Below are positions 26,964-32,000 of a stretch of DNA of 32,000 bases, in pieces. Made by a program: the position numbers and the translations under genes. The notes under the pieces are model-generated. The model had not been told where the DNA came from, did no database searches, and worked only from the letters and a program-made list of their open reading frames with translations. The number at the start of each line of letters is the position of its first letter. Position 1 is the stretch's first letter. The stretch spans positions 2,550,001 through 2,582,000 of the forward strand of contig CP091279.1 in the NCBI GenBank assembly GCA_021650915.1, given 5' to 3'. This stretch comes from Candidatus Brocadia sp. (GTDB lineage Bacteria > Planctomycetota > Brocadiia > Brocadiales > Brocadiaceae).

Positions 26964-27365
26964 GTGCTCTGGTTAAATAAAGAACTCTTAGAGAAAAACA
27001 TTTTCAATGCGGCTGACAGAACAGCAACAAACAAAAACATTACCAAAGCACTGTTGAAGCTTTTTAAGCCTGAAAATGAAACGACAATGAATGCACTTCT
27101 CGACCACTCAATCTCTATAGCAGACGACTATTTGACTCACGGGAATGAGTATAGTGTATTTAAAGAGCCAAAGTTCTTAGAAAAAGGGAGTGATTTAAAT
27201 ACCTTTCTGAATTGGGAACAGCTTGGTAAAGGAAAGGATTACACTCCGCTACTTGATAATCTAATTGCACAGTATAAAATCGTCCTAAAGATCGGCATAC
27301 ACGGCCAACCTAAATACAGAGATATGATAAGAGACATTATTCTTGCTAATGATACGATAGAATAG
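26964..27365 (+). CDS. hypothetical protein, possibly the frameshifted remainder of a longer gene
   Basis: 133-aa ORF with a non-ATG start in AT-rich DNA. A 19-codon ORF with a proper ATG (26921, MPSIIQEKILQFCKGALVK*) ends in another frame just upstream. No recognisable domain. Confidence 0.4.
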   Translation: MLWLNKELLEKNIFNAADRTATNKNITKALLKLFKPENETTMNALLDHSISIADDYLTHGNEYSVFKEPKFLEKGSDLNTFLNWEQLGKGKDYTPLLDNLIAQYKIVLKIGIHGQPKYRDMIRDIILANDTIE

Positions 27366-27470
27366 TGGGGTTAGGATATTTCGTTTTACTGATACGGGAG
27401 ATTTGTCACACTTCTCATGGGATTTGCGGTTGGGTGAATAAAAAATTAAGTAACGGAAATGTAAGTAAAG

Positions 27471-27902
27471 ATGAAAATTTACCTGGATAATTGTTGTTTT
27501 AACCGTCCATTTGACGATCAATCTCAGCTTAGGATCAGACTTGAAACTGAAGCAAAATTAAAGATCCAGGAAGAAGTTCGGGCAGGAAAATTAAAATGGT
27601 CATACATATTGGATTATGAAAATAGTAAAAATCCATATGAAGAACGAAAGTTCCGAATCAGAGGATGGGCAAAATATGCTTTAATAAATATTAAAGAAAA
27701 CGCTGAAATAATTAAAAGAACGAATTTATTGAATCAAAAAGGATTTAGAAAATTGGATTCCTTGCATATCGCATGTGCCATAACTGCAAAATGTGACCAC
27801 TTTCTTTCCACTGATGACAAAATCTTAAGTTTGTCCAAAACATTAGAGGGAAAGATAAAAGTAACTGATCCAATAGTTTTTATAAAGGAAGTTTTATCAT
27901 GA
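27471..27902 (+). CDS. PIN-domain protein (putative toxin)
   Basis: 143-aa ORF. The N-terminus MKIYLDNCCFNRPFDDQSQLRIRLETEA is the hallmark of a recurrent PIN subfamily. LDSLHIACAI and FLSTDDKIL supply the other acidic residues. Confidence 0.7.
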   Translation: MKIYLDNCCFNRPFDDQSQLRIRLETEAKLKIQEEVRAGKLKWSYILDYENSKNPYEERKFRIRGWAKYALINIKENAEIIKRTNLLNQKGFRKLDSLHIACAITAKCDHFLSTDDKILSLSKTLEGKIKVTDPIVFIKEVLS

Positions 27903-28150
27903 TTACAGATACGGAAATAAGGCTAAAGGGGCTCAAGATACTTACAGAATTTCTTGGAGATGTTGAAGCGGAGCGATTTATTTCCCTTATTCAAAGAGAG
28001 CCATTTGATTATACAAAATGGCGGCAAGGATTGGACGAAGACTTATCAATCGAAGAAATTAGTAAAAGGGCAATGGCTATACGGAAAAAAAATAGTATTC
28101 TGGTTAAATACAATTTTTATAAAGGGGTTTTAGCAAGCAGGCAATTATGA
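27899..28150 (+). CDS. small partner protein of the PIN gene (putative antitoxin)
   Basis: 83-aa ORF with ATGA overlap to the PIN gene. LKILTEFLGDVEAERFISLIQREPFDYTKWRQ resembles the small proteins that usually accompany this PIN subfamily. Its stop overlaps (ATGA) the start of the next membrane gene. Confidence 0.55.
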   Translation: MITDTEIRLKGLKILTEFLGDVEAERFISLIQREPFDYTKWRQGLDEDLSIEEISKRAMAIRKKNSILVKYNFYKGVLASRQL

Positions 28151-28800
28151 ATTTTCTAAAACGTACCATCCCTCTCATCATCGCCTTTGTCATGGGCGTG
28201 CTCATGGCAATGCAATACTATGTACCTCACAAACTGTCACAGGACTTGCTGGAGGTGGTATCCAAATGGGACAGACTGATAGCGGGTTTTGCCGTATTTA
28301 TTGGCGCCTATAGCCTGCTCCATCTCCACTGGACAAGAATAAAAAGGAAGATGGAAGGCTGGGGATACAGCGTCTTTGTCTATTTCGGAGCGATTATTAC
28401 CCTCTTCTTTGGTTTTCTGAACGGGGGAAAATTTTTCTGGAATGACAAGCAGGAAGGAACGATGTTTGACTGGCTTTATTCCTATGTACAAGTGCCTACA
28501 GGAGCCACGATCTTTTCCATTCTGGCCTTTTTTATCGCATCTGCGGCCTACCGGACCTTTCGCGCCCGCACCAATGAATCGACGGTATTGTTGATTGCCG
28601 CTATCCTCGTTATGCTCGGAAGGGTGCCCATCGGGAATTATATTTCGCAATACATTCCTGCTATAGCCGATTGGATTATGGCGGTTCCCAACCTTGCGGC
28701 AAAGCGCGGCATCCTTCTCGGGGTAAGCCTCGGCGCAATTGCAACCTCCATCAAAATCATCTTTGGCATCGAACGGTCGTATCTGGGCGGAGGTGATTAA
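28147..28800 (+). CDS. polytopic membrane protein of unknown function
   Basis: 217-aa ORF with about 5-6 predicted hydrophobic helices (IPLIIAFVMGVLMAM, LIAGFAVFIGAYSLL, VFVYFGAIITLFFGF, ATIFSILAFFIASAA, VLLIAAILVMLG, GILLGVSLGAIATSI). There is a 1-nt overlap (TAATG) with the next gene. Confidence 0.75.
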   Translation: MNFLKRTIPLIIAFVMGVLMAMQYYVPHKLSQDLLEVVSKWDRLIAGFAVFIGAYSLLHLHWTRIKRKMEGWGYSVFVYFGAIITLFFGFLNGGKFFWNDKQEGTMFDWLYSYVQVPTGATIFSILAFFIASAAYRTFRARTNESTVLLIAAILVMLGRVPIGNYISQYIPAIADWIMAVPNLAAKRGILLGVSLGAIATSIKIIFGIERSYLGGGD

Positions 28801-29615
28801 TGGAAAGATTTTTACGGATAGACCGCCGCATTATCTTTGCAATCATCACAGTCGCCGTTATCGTCTCTCTTATCTTGCGGTTTGAACTGCCCATACCCGC
28901 CTCGGATCCGGTTCAGGGAGTATATGGAAAAATAGAGTCATTGCCGGCGGGTTCCCATGTCATGATCGCCTTTGATTATGACCCTGCCTCAAAGGAAGAA
29001 CTCCAACCCATGGCTATTGCCTTCCTGCATCACTGTTTTAGCAGGGACTTAAAAGTCATTGGCATGACCCATTATCCGGGCGCCCCAGGTCTTGCTGAAC
29101 AGGCAATGACCATGGTGGCTAATCAATACGGAAAAAAACAAGGAGAAGACTACGTCTTCTTAGGTTACAAACCCGGCTCGGCATCCCTCATTATCAACAT
29201 GGGGGAAAACCTGTATTCGGCATTCCCCAAGGATTTCTACGGGAATGATACCATGACGTTACCGGTCTTGCAGGGTATTGATTCATTGCGGGAAATCAAA
29301 TTCTTATTCGATCTTGCAGCGGGGACAACGATAGAGACATGGATAGCCTTCGGGAAGGAAAAGTATAAATTTGAACTCGGTGCGGGATGCACCGCCGTGA
29401 TGGGCCCTGATATGTATCCTTTTCTCCAGTCAAAACAACTGACCGGTTTGCTCGGCGGCCTCAAAGGCGCAGCCGAGTATGAGACGCTGGTCAGGAAAAA
29501 GGGCAGCGCCGTAAATGGTATGCGTCCTCAAAGCGTAGTCCATGTAATTATAATTATTTTTGTTATCTTTGGCAATATCATCTATTTTACAACCAGAAGG
29601 GCGCGGCATGCGTAA
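28800..29615 (+). CDS. bitopic membrane protein of unknown function, weakly similar to the C-terminal domain of the 25671-26906 product
   Basis: 271-aa ORF. N-terminal TM (IIFAIITVAVIVSLIL), a domain of about 200 aa, and a C-terminal TM (VVHVIIIIFVIFGNIIYF). By-eye colinearity with 25671-26906: GSHVMIAFDYDP vs GKPVLFVHGLTG, DYVFLGYKPG vs DNVFLVASEQ, GAGCTAVMGPDMYPFLQSKQLTGLLGGLKGAAEYE vs IAGTDAYTQLPFFITTCDYTLIGEELYAASAY. Confidence 0.7.
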   Translation: MERFLRIDRRIIFAIITVAVIVSLILRFELPIPASDPVQGVYGKIESLPAGSHVMIAFDYDPASKEELQPMAIAFLHHCFSRDLKVIGMTHYPGAPGLAEQAMTMVANQYGKKQGEDYVFLGYKPGSASLIINMGENLYSAFPKDFYGNDTMTLPVLQGIDSLREIKFLFDLAAGTTIETWIAFGKEKYKFELGAGCTAVMGPDMYPFLQSKQLTGLLGGLKGAAEYETLVRKKGSAVNGMRPQSVVHVIIIIFVIFGNIIYFTTRRARHA

Positions 29616-30357
29616 GGATTCTAATTTTCTCATCTTAGTAGGCACCATTGGATTGTTTGTCTGCATCAATATCTTTTTAATGGCCTCAGGGAAACTCCCT
29701 TTCTCTTCCGATGGGTTTGGCATTATCCTTGGCGCTGGACTTACCCTGGCCATCTACAGCTTCCTGTATAAAGACAATCCAGCCTTCAAGATCGCCGAAA
29801 ATCTTTACGTGGGCGTTTCCCTGGGGTATACCATTATCATTACCTGGTTTAATTTTTTAAAACCCGATCTCTATGACCCCCTCATTGTGCCTATGTTTTC
29901 AAAGGCAGCCACAAAGTCCCCCCAGTATGCGTTACTCATTCCCTCTCTTTTGGGCATCTTTATGCTGCTCAGATTTTCGAGGAAATTATCGTGGCTGAGC
30001 CGGTGGACCTTTGCATTTGTGGTGGGTCTTGGGGCGGGGGTAAGCATTCCACGAGTCATCTCAGCATTCATCCTCGAACAGATCAAACCTTCCTTACAGC
30101 CCGTCTTTTCATCAGGCGAAACGGTATTCTCCAGCATCAACACGCTCCTGATCATGCTGGGGGTTATCTCGGTGCTTATCTATTTTATCTTCTCCGTCGA
30201 ACACAAAGGCGCGATTGGAAAGATATCAAAGATTGGCATCTGGTTCCTCATGATCTCCTTCGGCGCATCCTTCGGCTATACGGTCATGGGCAGGTTATCG
30301 TTACTCATCGGCAGAATTCAGTTTTTGCTCAGGGATTGGCTGGGGATTTTGCAATAA
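29608..30357 (+). CDS. polytopic membrane protein of unknown function
   Basis: The ORF is open from 29560. ATG at 29608 (MRKDSNFLILVG) gives an 8-nt overlap (ATGCGTAA) with the upstream gene. About 7 hydrophobic helices. Confidence 0.75.
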   Translation: MRKDSNFLILVGTIGLFVCINIFLMASGKLPFSSDGFGIILGAGLTLAIYSFLYKDNPAFKIAENLYVGVSLGYTIIITWFNFLKPDLYDPLIVPMFSKAATKSPQYALLIPSLLGIFMLLRFSRKLSWLSRWTFAFVVGLGAGVSIPRVISAFILEQIKPSLQPVFSSGETVFSSINTLLIMLGVISVLIYFIFSVEHKGAIGKISKIGIWFLMISFGASFGYTVMGRLSLLIGRIQFLLRDWLGILQ

Positions 30358-30374
30358 CGATAAAATTCGTACGG

Positions 30375-30447
30375 GTAGGGGCGAAGCATTTGCCACACCA
30401 TTTAATTTGCGTTCCGGCTCTTGACACGGCAAATGCTTCGCCCCTAC
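30375..30447. repeat. 20-bp perfect inverted repeat (REP-like palindromic element / bidirectional hairpin)
   Basis: GTAGGGGCGAAGCATTTGCC (30375-30394) and its exact reverse complement GGCAAATGCTTCGCCCCTAC (30428-30447) are separated by 33 nt. The element lies in the 121-nt spacer between the membrane module and the helicase gene. Confidence 0.7.
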
Positions 30448-30478
30448 AACAATTTTGTTGTCGGAAAGGGAAGAATAA

Positions 30479-32000
30479 ATGCCACGTATCTTCGATAACA
30501 TAGGGCAACAACTCCTCCCTGCGCGGCTGGAAGCAACTTGACAAATACATCGAACAATGGAATGGCGGCGAAGGAAATTCCTGCAGGCTCCTTGTTGGCA
30601 TGCAGAAGCCTCCCCATGAACAATTAAGGCAGTTCTACAGCCTCCTTCCCCAGGATGATGCCATAAGCAATCAGGTTATTCTTCGCCTCAAGAAAAAACT
30701 GGCTGAGGATTTTCGAAATCAGCTTACTCTTGGCGCGCCAACGGATGAAGACGAAGCAGGCCTTCGCCGCCTTGCCTCTCAACTGAAAGCAGGAAAGGTC
30801 GTTGTTAAACTCTTTCTTAAACATCCGCTCCACGCCAAACTTTATCTCTGTTTCAGGCAGGATACGATCAATCCTATCATCGGCTATCTCGGTTCAAGCA
30901 ATCTCACCCTTGCAGGGCTATCTCAGCAAGGTGAACTGAATGTGGACGTCCTTGACCACGACGCTGCGCAAAAACTTGCAAAATGGTTTGAAGACCGCTG
31001 GAATGACCGCTGTTGCGTGGATATAACGAATGAACTGATTAGGGCCATAGAAGAGAGCTGGGCAAGAGAAGAGGCATTGTGCCCTTACTGGATTTACATC
31101 AAAATGGCGTATCACCTTGCTGAGGAGGCAAGGGCAGGATTGTCTGAATTTGAGATTCCCCGCGATATGCGCAATATACTCCTTGAGTTCCAATCTGCCG
31201 CCGTTCGTATCGCTGCGCGCCATCTTGAAAAACGGGGCGGGGTTATCCTTGGCGATGTCGTTGGATTAGGAAAGACCCTTATGGCAACAACGCTTGCCAG
31301 AGTCTTTCAGGAGCCGCCTCATCTGCTTGAGACACTGATTCTCTGCCCTAAAAATCTTGTCTCCATGTGGGAGGGTTATGTGCATCGCTACCGGCTGATT
31401 GCAAAAGTTGTGTCAATCACCCAGGCACAAAATATCCTCCCAGAACTCCGCCGCTACCGGCTGGTAATCATTGATGAAAGCCATAATCTCCGCAACCGCG
31501 AAGGCAGACGGTGGGCAGTAATCAGAGACTATATTGAAAGAAATACGAGCAAATCTATCCTCTTATCCGCAACACCCTATAATAAGGTTTATCTTGACCT
31601 TGCCAACCAGTTGAGGCTGTTTCTTCATGCGGATGATACCATCGGCTTTCGTCCGGAGGAATACCTTCGCCGTGAGTGCGGTGGCAGGGTGGATGAATTT
31701 ACAAGGCGGCATCAGTGCCCTGTCAACTGCCTGTCTGCCTTTGAAAAGAGCGGATATTCAAATGACTGGCGGGAACTCATGCGCCTGTTTATGGTGCGCA
31801 GAACACGAAGTTTTGTGGAAAGAAATTATGCATATACTGAATGTCAGGCTTGCAACGCTATTCTTACGCCAACTCAGAATAATTGTCCTTCATGCGGACG
31901 AATTAAGTCCAAAGACGACAAAAGGTTTTTAATTCTTGAAGGCGATGTCCGTTTTTATTTTCCCAAGAGGTCTCCCAGGACGCTTTCCTTCGACTGTAGT
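30479..32000 (+). pseudogene. PLD-nuclease / SNF2-family helicase fusion, damaged at the 5' end, continuing beyond the window
   Basis: ATG 30479 (MPRIFDNIGQQLLPA) runs into a stop at 30539-30541. The rest of the protein is in another frame, open from 30504 to the window end (RGWKQLDKYIEQWNGGEGNSCRLLVGMQ...). PLD signature HAKLYL...GSSNLT. SNF2/DEAD motifs GDVVGLGKTLMA and IIDESHNLRN. From memory, homologues carry roughly 25 further residues between LLPA and RGWK, so I infer an out-of-frame deletion. The first in-frame ATG is at 30600. Confidence 0.65.

Noticed and set aside
29991-30503. 170-aa + strand ORF overlapping the last membrane gene and the palindrome
   Set aside because: It is an alternative frame of a gene with coherent TM helices, and it runs through the REP-like hairpin (VGAKHLPHHLICVPALDTANASPLQ pseudo-peptide). 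It is an artefact.

Overview
This 32-kb chromosomal window comes from a diderm bacterium, judged from kdsB, an AsmA-like protein and a lipobox lipoprotein. GC content is moderate, and I cannot assign a taxon from the sequence alone. Housekeeping genes (M48 protease, dapF, SDR oxidoreductase, UDPGP-type pyrophosphorylase, pyrG-kdsB, nadC) alternate with accessory or decaying material. That material is: (i) an IS of about 1.4 kb with long imperfect inverted ends and an ISLre2/ISKra4-like DDE transposase. (ii) A toxin-antitoxin graveyard (one intact phd-vapC pair plus four decayed TA fragments) that truncates a decayed ADP-forming acetyl-CoA synthetase gene. (iii) A hybrid sensor kinase with a periplasmic CXXCH heme-type sensor domain, followed by two response regulators. 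(iv) A candidate GEMM-I cyclic-dinucleotide riboswitch with its own promoter and attenuator, upstream of a secreted protein of unknown function; a near-identical terminator module is duplicated downstream. (v) A 101-aa protein, a stable hairpin and a radical-SAM enzyme, arranged like a RiPP cassette. (vi) A module of four membrane proteins of unknown function, split by an AT-rich islet that carries a PIN-type TA pair. (vii) A PLD-SNF2 helicase with 5' damage that runs off the window end. I found no rRNA, tRNA or CRISPR array. The best candidates for undescribed biology are the riboswitch locus, the radical-SAM cassette, the membrane module, and a 678-aa secreted and anchored protein carrying about 15 tandem 11-residue YGDD repeats.
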